DNA from: an uncultured Hyphomicrobiaceae bacterium
GTDB lineage: Bacteria; Pseudomonadota; Alphaproteobacteria; Rhizobiales; CALHAX01
DNA: 64,000 bases
Direction of reading: 5' to 3'
Assembly: GCA_937931785.1 (NCBI GenBank)
Contig: CALHAX010000069.1
Coordinates: 53,837 to 117,836, forward strand
Shown here: piece by piece, positions 17,678-27,556 of the stretch
Layout of the letters: each line of letters begins with the position of its first letter
How positions within the stretch are numbered: position 1 is the first letter of the stretch
The notes under the pieces: model-generated
Told to the model about the DNA's origin: nothing
Database searches by the model: none
What the model saw: only the letters and a program-made list of their open reading frames with translations
Program-made: the position numbers and the translations under genes

Positions 17678-18763
17678 ATGGGGCGAAACTTCCAGAGCTG
17701 TTCAGGTCGCGCACTGCCTGTGCTTGCGCGCTTGCGGCTTACGCGTGCCGTGTTTGTTACCCTTCTTCTGTTTGCAAGCCTGTCCGGCATGCGCACTGCG
17801 TATGCAACAGGTCCAGCTTTGCTCTTCGATGCTACGAGCGGCGCCATCATCTATTCCGACGAACCTGACACGCGCTGGCATCCAGCGTCGCTGACTAAGC
17901 TGATGACAGCCTACATCGTGTTCGAGGAACTGCGCGCCGGGCGACTGCGCATGGATGATGTTATCGTAACATCGAAGGTGGCGCGTGCGGTTCAACCCAG
18001 CAAGATTGGATTGCCTGTCGGCGGCAAGATGCCAGTGCGCGTTGGCCTGAATGCCCTGATTATCAAGTCGGCGAACGATGTTGCGATCATGTTTGCAGAG
18101 CGTGTCTCCGGTAGTGTGGCAGCATTTGCAAAACGTATGAATGCCACAGCGCAACGCATTGGAATGACACGAAGCAATTTCGTCAATCCGAATGGCCTGC
18201 ACCATACGCAGCAATATTCGACTGCGCGCGACATGGGTCTTCTCGCGCGCGCGCTGATCAATGATTTTCCACAGCATGCAGCACTTTTTACAAAGTCACG
18301 AATGCGTTTCGGAAAAGCCCGGCTGAAGTCGTTCAATCTCCTGCTCAACACCTTTGATGGTGCGGATGGTATGAAAACAGGTTTCGTCTGTGCCGCAGGA
18401 TTCAATATCGTCTCTTCAGCAACACGGAACGGTCGCCGACTGATCGCAATCGTACTGGGTGCCGTCACAGCGCGGCAACGCAATCACCGCGCCGCACAAT
18501 TGCTCCAGCATGGCTTTGACAATGGTGCGTGGAAAACCTTTTTCTTCCCGACCACCCTCAGAACTATGGCAGTGTCCGAGCGCGCCGGAGGCGGACCGAT
18601 CAACATGCGGCCAAACGTGCGTGCGTGGGTATGCGGATGGCGGAAAAACCGTGCCAAACAGCAAGCTGCAGCACTTCGGCGTTCGAAGTGGCAGACCGAA
18701 ACCCAGACAACCGGCACACCATCACGCCGTTCTGTAGCAAGTGCGTTTCCATCGCAACGTTGA
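17678..18763 (+). CDS. D-alanyl-D-alanine carboxypeptidase (peptidase S11, PBP5/6-like)
   Basis: Signal peptide, then the SLTK (SxxK), SAN (SxN) and KTG motifs in canonical order. Confidence 0.85.
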   Translation: MGRNFQSCSGRALPVLARLRLTRAVFVTLLLFASLSGMRTAYATGPALLFDATSGAIIYSDEPDTRWHPASLTKLMTAYIVFEELRAGRLRMDDVIVTSKVARAVQPSKIGLPVGGKMPVRVGLNALIIKSANDVAIMFAERVSGSVAAFAKRMNATAQRIGMTRSNFVNPNGLHHTQQYSTARDMGLLARALINDFPQHAALFTKSRMRFGKARLKSFNLLLNTFDGADGMKTGFVCAAGFNIVSSATRNGRRLIAIVLGAVTARQRNHRAAQLLQHGFDNGAWKTFFFPTTLRTMAVSERAGGGPINMRPNVRAWVCGWRKNRAKQQAAALRRSKWQTETQTTGTPSRRSVASAFPSQR

Positions 18764-18789
18764 CGCGCAGGTGAAGCCAGGGTCGGATA

Positions 18790-19332
18790 ATGGAAACCAA
18801 TCCGCAGGACATCGTTTCATTCTGGCAAGATGCCGGTCCCGGCAAGTGGTTTCGCAAATCTGACGATTTTGATCGAACCATCGCTGCAACATTTGGCGCA
18901 GATGTTCAACGTGCGCGTCGCGGTCAGCTTGACCACTGGCGCGATGATGCGGCCCCGTGTCTTGCGCTGATCATTCTTCTCGACCAGTTCCCGCGCAACA
19001 TGTTTCGTGGCACAGCACAGATGTTTGCCAGTGACACAAAAGCCGTTGCCACGGCACACTACGCGATCGATGCCGGACATGACCAGGCCATTGATGAAGC
19101 ATTACGCGCATTCGTTTATATGCCGTTCATGCATTCAGAAGCACCTGCCGATCAGGTTACCAGCGTTCGCCTGTTCGAATTGTTGGGCAAGCCGGGCAAT
19201 ATCAAACATGCACTGCAACATGCTGAAATCATTGCAAAATATTCCCGATTCCCCCATCGCAATGCCATTCTGGGGCGCGTATCAAGCCCTGAAGAACTTG
19301 CGTTTCTTGAGCGCGGAGGCTTCTCCGGCTGA
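18790..19332 (+). CDS. DUF924 family protein
   Basis: FWQDAGPGKWF...FD and LDQFPRNMFRG motifs characteristic of DUF924. Confidence 0.8.
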   Translation: METNPQDIVSFWQDAGPGKWFRKSDDFDRTIAATFGADVQRARRGQLDHWRDDAAPCLALIILLDQFPRNMFRGTAQMFASDTKAVATAHYAIDAGHDQAIDEALRAFVYMPFMHSEAPADQVTSVRLFELLGKPGNIKHALQHAEIIAKYSRFPHRNAILGRVSSPEELAFLERGGFSG

Positions 19333-19443
19333 CTTACCCGGCCCTTGGCGCCGTTCTTACCTCCCCCAACGCCTATCGCGCTATGTCCAACATGGCGCTC
19401 AACTTGCATCGCCATGACAACACAAATTTCATGGTTTGCAGAC

Positions 19444-19680
19444 ATGACTGATCACGACCCAGATGACCGCTCGTCGAGCGATGATGCGACGCGTATGAGC
19501 CAGAAGGACCTGACGACAATGGCAATCCTGCTTGAGAGTCGACATGGGATTCACGCAAAAGGGATGGCAGAATTCTTTGCATCCGTTCATGCGAAACTGG
19601 GCGATGCAGAACGTTGCGATGCCTGGGATGACGTCGCGAACATCGTCAAGAAACGCGAACAGGTCCGACTGGCCGCCTGA
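19444..19680 (+). CDS. small hypothetical protein (78 aa, acidic N-terminus)
   Basis: The ORF from the ATG at 19444 reads MTDHDPDDRSSSDD...ILLESRHGIHAKGMAEFFASVHAKLGDAERCDAWDDVANIV. It is helical and no motif is recognised. The track start at 19345 looks like a spurious extension. Confidence 0.4.
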   Translation: MTDHDPDDRSSSDDATRMSQKDLTTMAILLESRHGIHAKGMAEFFASVHAKLGDAERCDAWDDVANIVKKREQVRLAA

Positions 19681-19749
19681 CGGGCCGCAAATCACTTTCC
19701 CGTTGCGTCTGATACGGCGCGACAAAACCGGCACTGTTATTCGAACCTT

Positions 19750-21171
19750 ATGACCAGCTCTGACGAAACTGCGCCCCCCGCGCCCCCACACGGCAGTGAC
19801 TTGTCGTCAATGGACAAGGTGCGCGAGAAGGTTGCCGGCGTCATTGCTGCTGTTCGTAGCGACTCGGATCGCGGTCAGACGCAACGTGCGGCCCTCACGG
19901 TGTTCTTCATCCGTGTTTTCAGTGCAGCAATCGCTTTCGCGTCGCAAGTCGTGCTGGCGCGATGGATGGGCAGCTTTGAATACGGCGTTTTCGTTTTTGT
20001 CTGGGTTTGGGTGCTCATCCTCAGCGTGATTTCTTCGGCGGGACTCAATGTCTCGATGATGCGGTTCCTGCCGCAGTATACGGAACAGAAGTCATTCGAT
20101 CTGCTCCGCGGGCTACTCTTTCGTGGCCGATTGATCATATTCTCTTTCGCGGCACTGTTTTCTGCGCTTGCCCTGGCGGTCTTGTACGTTTGGCCCGACC
20201 TTGTGCGCGACTACTATCTTCTACCAGCCTACATCGTCTTCTTCTGTGTTCCCGTGATCGTGCTGACTGATGCGCAGGATTGTATCGGTCGGGCCTACTC
20301 CTGGATGCACGTTGCGCTTGTTCCACCTTATATCCTGCGCCCACTTCTGGTTCTTGTGTCGATGGGTAGCGCCGCTGCTCTTGGATTTCCGATGGTGGCG
20401 ACGACAGCGGCTGGGTGCGCAGTTATCGCAGCATTCCTCACCTACGCGACGCAAACCATTTTTCTGCAGCGCCGCCTTGCCGCAACGGTGCCTGCCGGGC
20501 CACGCGCCTATGACACGCGCTTCTGGATGCTGACTGCACTGCCGATCCTGTTCGTCGAAGGCATCGATCTGCTGCTTTACAATACCGACGTCCTGTTGAT
20601 CTCGCACTACATGACGCCAAGCGACGCAGGCATTTACTTTGCTTCGCTCAAAACCATCGGCCTTGTGAGCTTTGTGCATTACGCGGTGGGCTCCAGCATT
20701 GCGAACCGGATTTCATCACTCAAGGCGCGGGGTGACACGGCAGGTCTTGAGATTTTCGTACGCGATGCGGCGGCGTGGACATTCTGGCCATCCCTGCTTG
20801 CCATCACGGGGCTGTTGATCGTTGGCAAGCCGCTGCTTTGGCTGTTCGGATCCGAGTTCACCAGTGGATACAGCGTGATGGCGATCCTTGCCGTCGGAAT
20901 TCTTCTCCGGGCTGCCGTCGGGCCAGCCGAATTTGTCATGAACATGATGGGGGAACAGAAGACGTGCGCGACCGTGCTGTTCTTCAGTGTGATCGCAAAT
21001 GTTGCACTCAACGTTTTGCTGATCCCACTTTACGGTCTGGTCGGGGCAGCAATTGCGACCTCGCTTTCGCGGGTCATGGCTTCAGTGTTGTTCTATCTGT
21101 CGGCGAAGCGGCGCCTTGGACTGGACATCTCGATCTTGTCGTCGTTACGGCGTACGATCCCGTCCGCATAA
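19750..21171 (+). CDS. polysaccharide biosynthesis protein / oligosaccharide flippase (MOP superfamily)
   Basis: 473-aa protein with roughly 12-14 predicted TM helices. The overall pattern is typical of Wzx/MOP flippases. Confidence 0.75.
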   Translation: MTSSDETAPPAPPHGSDLSSMDKVREKVAGVIAAVRSDSDRGQTQRAALTVFFIRVFSAAIAFASQVVLARWMGSFEYGVFVFVWVWVLILSVISSAGLNVSMMRFLPQYTEQKSFDLLRGLLFRGRLIIFSFAALFSALALAVLYVWPDLVRDYYLLPAYIVFFCVPVIVLTDAQDCIGRAYSWMHVALVPPYILRPLLVLVSMGSAAALGFPMVATTAAGCAVIAAFLTYATQTIFLQRRLAATVPAGPRAYDTRFWMLTALPILFVEGIDLLLYNTDVLLISHYMTPSDAGIYFASLKTIGLVSFVHYAVGSSIANRISSLKARGDTAGLEIFVRDAAAWTFWPSLLAITGLLIVGKPLLWLFGSEFTSGYSVMAILAVGILLRAAVGPAEFVMNMMGEQKTCATVLFFSVIANVALNVLLIPLYGLVGAAIATSLSRVMASVLFYLSAKRRLGLDISILSSLRRTIPSA

Positions 21172-21179
21172 GCCACCCG

Positions 21180-21791
21180 CTAGATTTTCGAACCGAGAAC
21201 CAGTGTCCAGAATGTTTTGAATTCGGTCTTGGGATCGTGAACCAACGCGATACCCATTTCTTCAGCATCAGCGAGAAGCAAATTCTTGTTGTGTCCCGGA
21301 CTTTCCTGCCAACCCTTGAAAACCTCTTCGATCGTGATCTGGCCCGTGCCGACATTCTCGGCGGTCAAGCGTGCCGGGTAACCCGTGCGGCCGACACGCT
21401 TCCACGGGTTCGATCCGTCAGAACCATGATGCGAGATGCGATCCCATTTGGCCAAATCTCTCGAATGGGCCTTTGCGGCAAGTGTCAGCTTTGAGTTCAG
21501 ACGCAGCGGTTTGAGACCCTTTTTGGCGCGATAACTGTTGATCAACTTGCGCGCACGTTCGACGTCGAGTTGCGTGCCTGCATAATCGCGATGGTCAAAT
21601 GCGCCTTTCGGAACGCGTTCCCAGGTGCCTTTCGGAGCAGAGTCGATTCCGTCGACCGCGTCTGTATCAATGGATGCGGTGGAATTTGCGTAACCCAGCG
21701 ACGGCAGGCCTCCGCCCGTGCTGCAGGCAGACAAACCAATCACAAGCCCGACCGCAAGGCCGCCACGAACACCATTCCAGACGCGCGTCAT
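21180..21791 (-). CDS. CAP (SCP/PR1-like) domain-containing lipoprotein
   Basis: Lipobox LSAC after the signal peptide (start at MTRVWNG). The CAP domain shows HSRDLAKWDRISHHGSDGS ... GWQESPGHNKNLL. Confidence 0.8.
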   Translation of the reverse strand: MTRVWNGVRGGLAVGLVIGLSACSTGGGLPSLGYANSTASIDTDAVDGIDSAPKGTWERVPKGAFDHRDYAGTQLDVERARKLINSYRAKKGLKPLRLNSKLTLAAKAHSRDLAKWDRISHHGSDGSNPWKRVGRTGYPARLTAENVGTGQITIEEVFKGWQESPGHNKNLLLADAEEMGIALVHDPKTEFKTFWTLVLGSKI

Positions 21792-22241
21792 CAACAAACT
21801 CCAATACATGCAGCCATTCATTGCCACGGCCCACTTTTCTCATATTCACGTTAAGGGATGGTTTCATCGCGTTCATAATAGGCTGCAACGCGTTTGAAAG
21901 AGCCTCATCAGCGCTATTCAAGACCCGACATTCCGCCTCCCTACAAGTCAATATTCATAGAAAAAACATGTCGTTAATGCGGCGCTTCAAGTTTCCGTCC
22001 AGCTGCGACTGCCATCATGATTCACGTCCATCGAGATTGCAGCCATCCCAGCTCGGAACTCCGCTGTATTGCTCTCACACTAGGTGGACGCCTAGTGCGT
22101 TGTTGTGATGTTTCGGCGTTAAACTTACTCAGTTCAGGGACTATTGTGAATTGCCGTCGAGAGCATGAAACGTTTGTTCATGCGCCTATCGGGAGAATAG
22201 GCACGCGACAGCACACCGTTTGTTTGGAGGCGTACCCAAAA

Positions 22242-22508
22242 ATGTCACGAGTCTTGGGGGATCATGACGGTGAGGCACCGTTGGATGTACCGAGCATTAT
22301 GAAAATGCTCATGGTGGTTTATAACAATGTCCGCGACGATCAGGTGATGGACGAGGTGGCTGAAGCCGTAGCTGACGCGATCTGCATGCTTGGAGACATG
22401 CGGACGCTCGCTCAGCAGATCGCCACAGAAAATGCTCAGTCTGATCCAGAAATCATGGCCGATTTTGCGGCGCTCAAGGTACCATCTGACACGTACAAGC
22501 TCTGTTGA
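22242..22508 (+). CDS. small acidic hypothetical protein (88 aa)
   Basis: MSRVLGDHDGEAPLDVPSIMKMLMVVYNNVRDDQVMDEVAEAVADAICMLGDMRTLAQQIATENAQSDPEIMADFAALKVPSDTYKLC. GGAGG lies about 11 nt upstream of the ATG at 22242. The upstream part of track ORF 22017..22508 looks non-coding. Confidence 0.4.
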   Translation: MSRVLGDHDGEAPLDVPSIMKMLMVVYNNVRDDQVMDEVAEAVADAICMLGDMRTLAQQIATENAQSDPEIMADFAALKVPSDTYKLC

Positions 22509-22777
22509 ACGCCGTACACCAGACCATGCCAACCTCGGGGATCCGCCTGCAGATTGACTCTGCTTGCCTGCTACGGCGGCACCCCACTCGTTTTCTCGCA
22601 ACACCCTGATTAAGGAATGCGTGGCCGCAGGGGATAGGTGCCCTCAATTGTCGACCGAGGCTTGGCGTGCGCCTTGAGATCCATCACACTATCCGTCAAT
22701 GGCTGACTGATTCGTTCAGCTGAAGAAGATCAATCCTGTCCTTGCGTCTTGACCTTCGCCTGACGGAGTTTCGAGCG

Positions 22778-23881
22778 ATGGGCAGCGACGCCCCGGACTT
22801 GCAAGCACACGATCTGTTTCTTCTGGCGACTCATTTCGCCGGACCAGATGGTTGTACGCTTACGACACTTGACAAGATGATAGTGCGGCTCACTGGTATC
22901 ACGCGAACCGTGTCGCAAAATGGCGGTCGGCTAACACGTCGAGATGCTCTTGCCGAATGGCAGCTCGCATCACTCTCCGAAGAGCTGCTTTCCACGCATG
23001 ACAGCATCACCAGTGCGGCCACTTCGGAACCCTCGCTACACGTCACGTCGCGTGGACTCCTAAAACTCAGTGAGCAGTTCGGTGACATTTTCCTGCAACG
23101 CTCCTGGTCGAACTTTGGCGATCGCTATCTGGTCGCGCGCACGCTTGGAATGCCGCCATCGGCCGGGCCACAACGGATGAAGCGCCTGGATACTGCGGAA
23201 GGTTTGCGACTCGCGGTCGTGCGACGGGCATGGGGCCTTCGCATCCCGGAAAGCGCCACCCTCGGCCAGGTCCGTAATGCGCTCGCCGCGCGCGCGCTTG
23301 GCGACGCGTTTGGTAAGCCGGTCGAACGACAAATTGGTCTTGACCATCGCATGTCCGGCAAGGCCGCCCGTACAATTGCCGCTCAACTTCTTGAGAAGAA
23401 ACGTCGCATTTCAACGGACTCGCAACTCATCATTGCACTTGCGACGCAACACCTTGGCACCACGTCGGGCGATGCCAAAAGCCTGCGCCAGGCCCTCGTG
23501 CGCAAGCACTTCGGTCTCAACAAAAAACAATCCAGAGTCGATCCTGCCACACTTGACGAAACGGAAGCTCCGTCCGGGCAGGCCATTGATACAAACGCAT
23601 TCCTCAGAGCTGTCAGAAGTTCGGCAAAACTGAATGCCAACGGGTGGTCAGGAAATCGCAAGGCGTATATTTCGCATGTCTGGCGAACGATTTGCGATTC
23701 GCATCCGGACTGGCGGCTGAGTGCCGACATGTTCAAATCGATGCTGATGGATGCACACCGGTTGGGGGAAGTTGTGCTCATCAATGCCGACCTGAGAGAC
23801 AAAAAAAACATGCGCGACGTTCAGGACTCAGCCATCCAATACAAGAATATGGAATGGCACTACGTGCAGATTGCCGACTAA
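22778..23881 (+). CDS. hypothetical protein (367 aa), no recognisable motif; first large gene of the candidate island
   Basis: Long ORF, with the ATG at 22778 preferred over the TTG at 22742. Mostly helical, with a compact C-terminal module GNRKAYISHVWRTI...FKSMLMDAHRLGEVVLINADLRDKKNMRDVQDSAIQYKNMEWHYVQI. It ends 62 nt before the next gene on the same strand. Confidence 0.65.
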   Translation: MGSDAPDLQAHDLFLLATHFAGPDGCTLTTLDKMIVRLTGITRTVSQNGGRLTRRDALAEWQLASLSEELLSTHDSITSAATSEPSLHVTSRGLLKLSEQFGDIFLQRSWSNFGDRYLVARTLGMPPSAGPQRMKRLDTAEGLRLAVVRRAWGLRIPESATLGQVRNALAARALGDAFGKPVERQIGLDHRMSGKAARTIAAQLLEKKRRISTDSQLIIALATQHLGTTSGDAKSLRQALVRKHFGLNKKQSRVDPATLDETEAPSGQAIDTNAFLRAVRSSAKLNANGWSGNRKAYISHVWRTICDSHPDWRLSADMFKSMLMDAHRLGEVVLINADLRDKKNMRDVQDSAIQYKNMEWHYVQIAD

Positions 23882-23943
23882 CGAACACTGCGGCTGCAAT
23901 TGTGGCGCACCTGGAATGAAACGCGAGAACAGATTGAGGGGCA

Positions 23944-26900
23944 ATGCCGCTTCAGGCTGACCAAAACGGACTGCCGGTGTCACTGGATGCCGGGCGTGTC
24001 ACCGCCGTGCTCGAGCAATCGATCACGTGGGAAGATGACGTCTGGAAATCTGATCCGTTCGATGTCGACCAGGTTCACCGTGTCGCGCGGCAGAAGTTCG
24101 CAACCCTGCTCGGGGAAGTTGCGGGCGGGCGACAGGTTTCTGCGCGCATTCTCTTGTTTCATGGACAGTCCGGAGCCGGCAAGACGCACTTGATTCGTGC
24201 ATTGCGTTCCTCGACCCATCGCACGGGTGTCGGCTATTTCGGATATGCACAACTGACGCCCGATGTTTCGAACTATGCGGACTACTATCTGCGGCGGTTG
24301 ATCAACTCGCTTGAGAAACCCTACGATCCTTGCGAACCTGAACAAAGTGGCTTGCATCGTCTTTCCCATATGCTGGTTGCAGACGATGTTCTGGTTGATC
24401 AGGCTGCGCTTGAAAGCCTGCGCGAAGATGAGCTTGGAAGCGCGGCACTGGCGCGTCTCGTCATGGAGATTGCTGATCATGTCGTCGCCGCACCGCAGTT
24501 CATGGATTCGGATCTCGACATCAACATCGTCCGGGCACTGCTCTACCTGCAGCGCTCAGACCCGCGTGTTGACCAACGCGTCCGACAATATTTCTACGGA
24601 AGGCAACTGAACGACCTCAGCCTTGAAACGGTTGCAGCTCTTGACCCGAATGAGGGTGAAGATCGCGCCTTCGAGATTATTGAGTCGCTTGGCAAGCTGA
24701 TGCACGCTGCGGGACATGCCTCGCTCGTGTTCTGTATCGACCAGGTTGAGGATCTACGGTTTTATGACGATGCGGAAGATCGCTTCCAGAAAGCGATCCG
24801 TGATCTGATACAGATCGCAAACCGTGTGCCGTCGTCTATCGTCGTGATCTCCATTCTTGGCGACTTCTACGATGGTGTACGCAGCTACCTGCCACAGTCG
24901 TTCATTGACCGGATCGAAAAGGCTGGACCGGCGCTTTTGCGTGACGCACGCCACTCTGACGAAGCTCGGATGATCATCGGCAAGCGTCTGCAACATGCCG
25001 CAGGACTTGAAGATGACAACCCTGATGCGCTTGCTGACAAGGTTTTTGGCGCACCATTTTTCAATGAAATTTCTGGTTTATCGACCCGCAAGGTGCTTGA
25101 AGCGGCGCAGCAACGATGGTGTGAGATACAAGGCAATGCGCCACGTCTGGCCGGAGAATATTCATTCGGTGCAAAAGCTGAAGCGGATGCGGCAGAAGCT
25201 CTTCGCACATCAAGTGCACAGTCCGTCAACGCTACAGATGATACGAATGTCGTTTCGCTGCCTCGAGCAAACGATGTGCGCTCCAGCGTCGATACAGATC
25301 TTGATCCACATGCGCCGAGTGGTGATCTTGGCGACCTGTGGGATCGCCTGTCCCTCAACTATCATGCTGAAATTCCAGACGAAGAAGACGACCTGACCAA
25401 CGTTCTACTGTCTGCATTCAAGCTTGCGGAAGACGAGGCCGGCGGTGTGATTGATGTCAACGTGCAGAACCTCGGTGATCTTGAAGGCGTTTCGGCCATT
25501 GATCTTTCGGTTACGCATGAGGGTGGCCAGACCGTTCAAAATCGCATTTTCCTCTGTAACAAGGGCAGCCAGGGCGGCGCTCTGAAACGCCAGATCGAGC
25601 GTGTACTGCAACTTTCAGAAGGACACGCCCCTATTATCGTGCGCACCAGTGATTTTCCTCCAAACGGGAAGAACGCCACATCGCAACTGGTCCGCCGCTA
25701 TCAGATGACGGGTGGGCGCAAGATCGTTGTGCCGTCTTATGAGTGGGACCGGATGATGACGCTGATCGCGTTTCATTCCCAGCAGCAACGTCACCCTGAA
25801 TTCTCTTCCTGGTTGCGGGCAACGGGCATGCTCGCCGATCTCCCGTCCATCAAACAGCTGCTCAGTCTTGACCTGACGGAACGAAAGCCGACGCCTGATA
25901 CTGCTGTCGATGCGCCAGCACAGGACGTTACGGCAGAACCAACAGGACCACAGATCGCTGGCGAGGTTCTCGTGCCCGTTGATTGGGCTGGAGATTATGT
26001 CGAAGACGAACACTACGCGAGAGTTCCGGTTGATGCGGATGGCCAACCCATCCCTGCAGACATGCTGCCGATCGGGGAGCAGGTTGAAGATATACCGTTT
26101 GATGACACGGCGCCCGATTGGGAGACGACCGAGGACGAGGCTCCACCCAGTCTTCCAGTCAACCCCCATGATATCGACCCTGATGCACTTCCGGATCCCT
26201 ACATTGATGATGAAGAACGGTTTCAGATCGGGTGTCAACTCGACAATGCGGCCACGCCGATCGCGCTATCAAAGAGCATTTTCCGTCGCCATGCCGCAAT
26301 GCTGGGCGGGTCCGGATCAGGTAAAACGACGCTCGCAATCTCGGTCATCGAGCAATTGTTGCTTCGTGGTGTCCCCGCCATCCTGATCGACCGGAAAGGC
26401 GACCTTTGCAGCTATGCAAACCCTGACGTCTGGCGCCCTGTGGAGGGCGAGTCTGCAGAGCGACGCGGACTGCGAGAGGAACTTGGCTCGTCAATCGATG
26501 TCGCCGTCTATACGCCGGGCCGCACGTCCGGCCGACCGATTGGAATTACACTGCTGCCGACGGGCATTGCAGAACTGCCAGAGCATGAGCAGCAACAGCT
26601 TGCGAACGTTTCCGCAGCTGCACTCGGCGATATGCTCCACCTCAAGAAGTCAGCGACCCATCAACGCCAGGGTGGAGTTCTTGCCGTTGCGCTGAAGCTG
26701 CTCGGGTCTCAAAGCCTGAGCGCTGTGACGCTGGCCGACCTGATTTACATGCTGGAGAATGATGATGCCGAGCTGATCGAGCTCACGCAACGCATGGATC
26801 CCAGCGGAAAATTGCGTCGTGATCTGATCGGGCAACTGGACTCGTTGCGCCATCGAAACTGGGCGTTGTTCGAGGGCGGTGGCGAGCAATTGCGTATGGA

Positions 26901-27498
26901 GTCCCTGCTCGGGCTTGGCAAATATGCGCGACCGGGTCGTACACGACTCTCCGTGGTCTATACGGGCTTCCTCGGGGATAATGAAAATATCCTCTTCTGG
27001 GTGTCACAGTTCCTGACCGAAGCTTTGCGCTTCAGTCAACGCAATCCGAATGAAGAACTGCAAGCCGTCATCATGTTCGACGAAGCGGATCTTTATATTC
27101 CCGCGAATGCAAAACCGGCAACGTCGGAACCGTTGCAAAGCTTGCTGAAGCGCGCTCGTTCTGCCGGGATTGGCATGTTGCTCGCCACGCAAAGTCCGGG
27201 CGATCTGGACTATAAATCGCGTGACCAGATCACTTCCTGGTTTATTGGTCGAGTGCGGGAAGATACTGCCTTGCGGAAACTGAAAGCGGCGTTCGGCACG
27301 GAAAGCGGACTTGATCCCGCACGCGTCCTGCCGAACCAGACCGTTGGCGAATTCCATCTGATCCAGGAAGCTGTTGTGCATCCGATCAAGGCCAAGCGCT
27401 CGCTGATCAATGCCGAGCAGGTGCCGTTTGACAAGATTGAGCAACTGGCGCGGGAAACGCGTGGTCAGGAAGCCAAGCAGCTCAAGCTGGAACTCTGA
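23944..27498 (+). CDS. 1184-aa dual P-loop NTPase (N-terminal ORC/STAND-like ATPase module + C-terminal HerA/FtsK/DUF87-like ATPase module)
   Basis: Walker A1 GQSGAGKTH (nt 24163-24189) with Walker B-like LVFCIDQVEDL (nt 24724-24756). An acidic Pro-rich linker spans about nt 25876-26223. Walker A2 GGSGSGKTT (26305-26331) is followed by ILIDRKGD, then Walker B2 VIMFDEADL (27067-27093) and LLATQSPGDLDYK. Confidence 0.85.
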   Translation: MPLQADQNGLPVSLDAGRVTAVLEQSITWEDDVWKSDPFDVDQVHRVARQKFATLLGEVAGGRQVSARILLFHGQSGAGKTHLIRALRSSTHRTGVGYFGYAQLTPDVSNYADYYLRRLINSLEKPYDPCEPEQSGLHRLSHMLVADDVLVDQAALESLREDELGSAALARLVMEIADHVVAAPQFMDSDLDINIVRALLYLQRSDPRVDQRVRQYFYGRQLNDLSLETVAALDPNEGEDRAFEIIESLGKLMHAAGHASLVFCIDQVEDLRFYDDAEDRFQKAIRDLIQIANRVPSSIVVISILGDFYDGVRSYLPQSFIDRIEKAGPALLRDARHSDEARMIIGKRLQHAAGLEDDNPDALADKVFGAPFFNEISGLSTRKVLEAAQQRWCEIQGNAPRLAGEYSFGAKAEADAAEALRTSSAQSVNATDDTNVVSLPRANDVRSSVDTDLDPHAPSGDLGDLWDRLSLNYHAEIPDEEDDLTNVLLSAFKLAEDEAGGVIDVNVQNLGDLEGVSAIDLSVTHEGGQTVQNRIFLCNKGSQGGALKRQIERVLQLSEGHAPIIVRTSDFPPNGKNATSQLVRRYQMTGGRKIVVPSYEWDRMMTLIAFHSQQQRHPEFSSWLRATGMLADLPSIKQLLSLDLTERKPTPDTAVDAPAQDVTAEPTGPQIAGEVLVPVDWAGDYVEDEHYARVPVDADGQPIPADMLPIGEQVEDIPFDDTAPDWETTEDEAPPSLPVNPHDIDPDALPDPYIDDEERFQIGCQLDNAATPIALSKSIFRRHAAMLGGSGSGKTTLAISVIEQLLLRGVPAILIDRKGDLCSYANPDVWRPVEGESAERRGLREELGSSIDVAVYTPGRTSGRPIGITLLPTGIAELPEHEQQQLANVSAAALGDMLHLKKSATHQRQGGVLAVALKLLGSQSLSAVTLADLIYMLENDDAELIELTQRMDPSGKLRRDLIGQLDSLRHRNWALFEGGGEQLRMESLLGLGKYARPGRTRLSVVYTGFLGDNENILFWVSQFLTEALRFSQRNPNEELQAVIMFDEADLYIPANAKPATSEPLQSLLKRARSAGIGMLLATQSPGDLDYKSRDQITSWFIGRVREDTALRKLKAAFGTESGLDPARVLPNQTVGEFHLIQEAVVHPIKAKRSLINAEQVPFDKIEQLARETRGQEAKQLKLEL

Positions 27499-27556
27499 CT
27501 CAATACGACGTTATCGTCGTGTTCAGCGCCATGACTGCATTACAGACGAGAATCGC

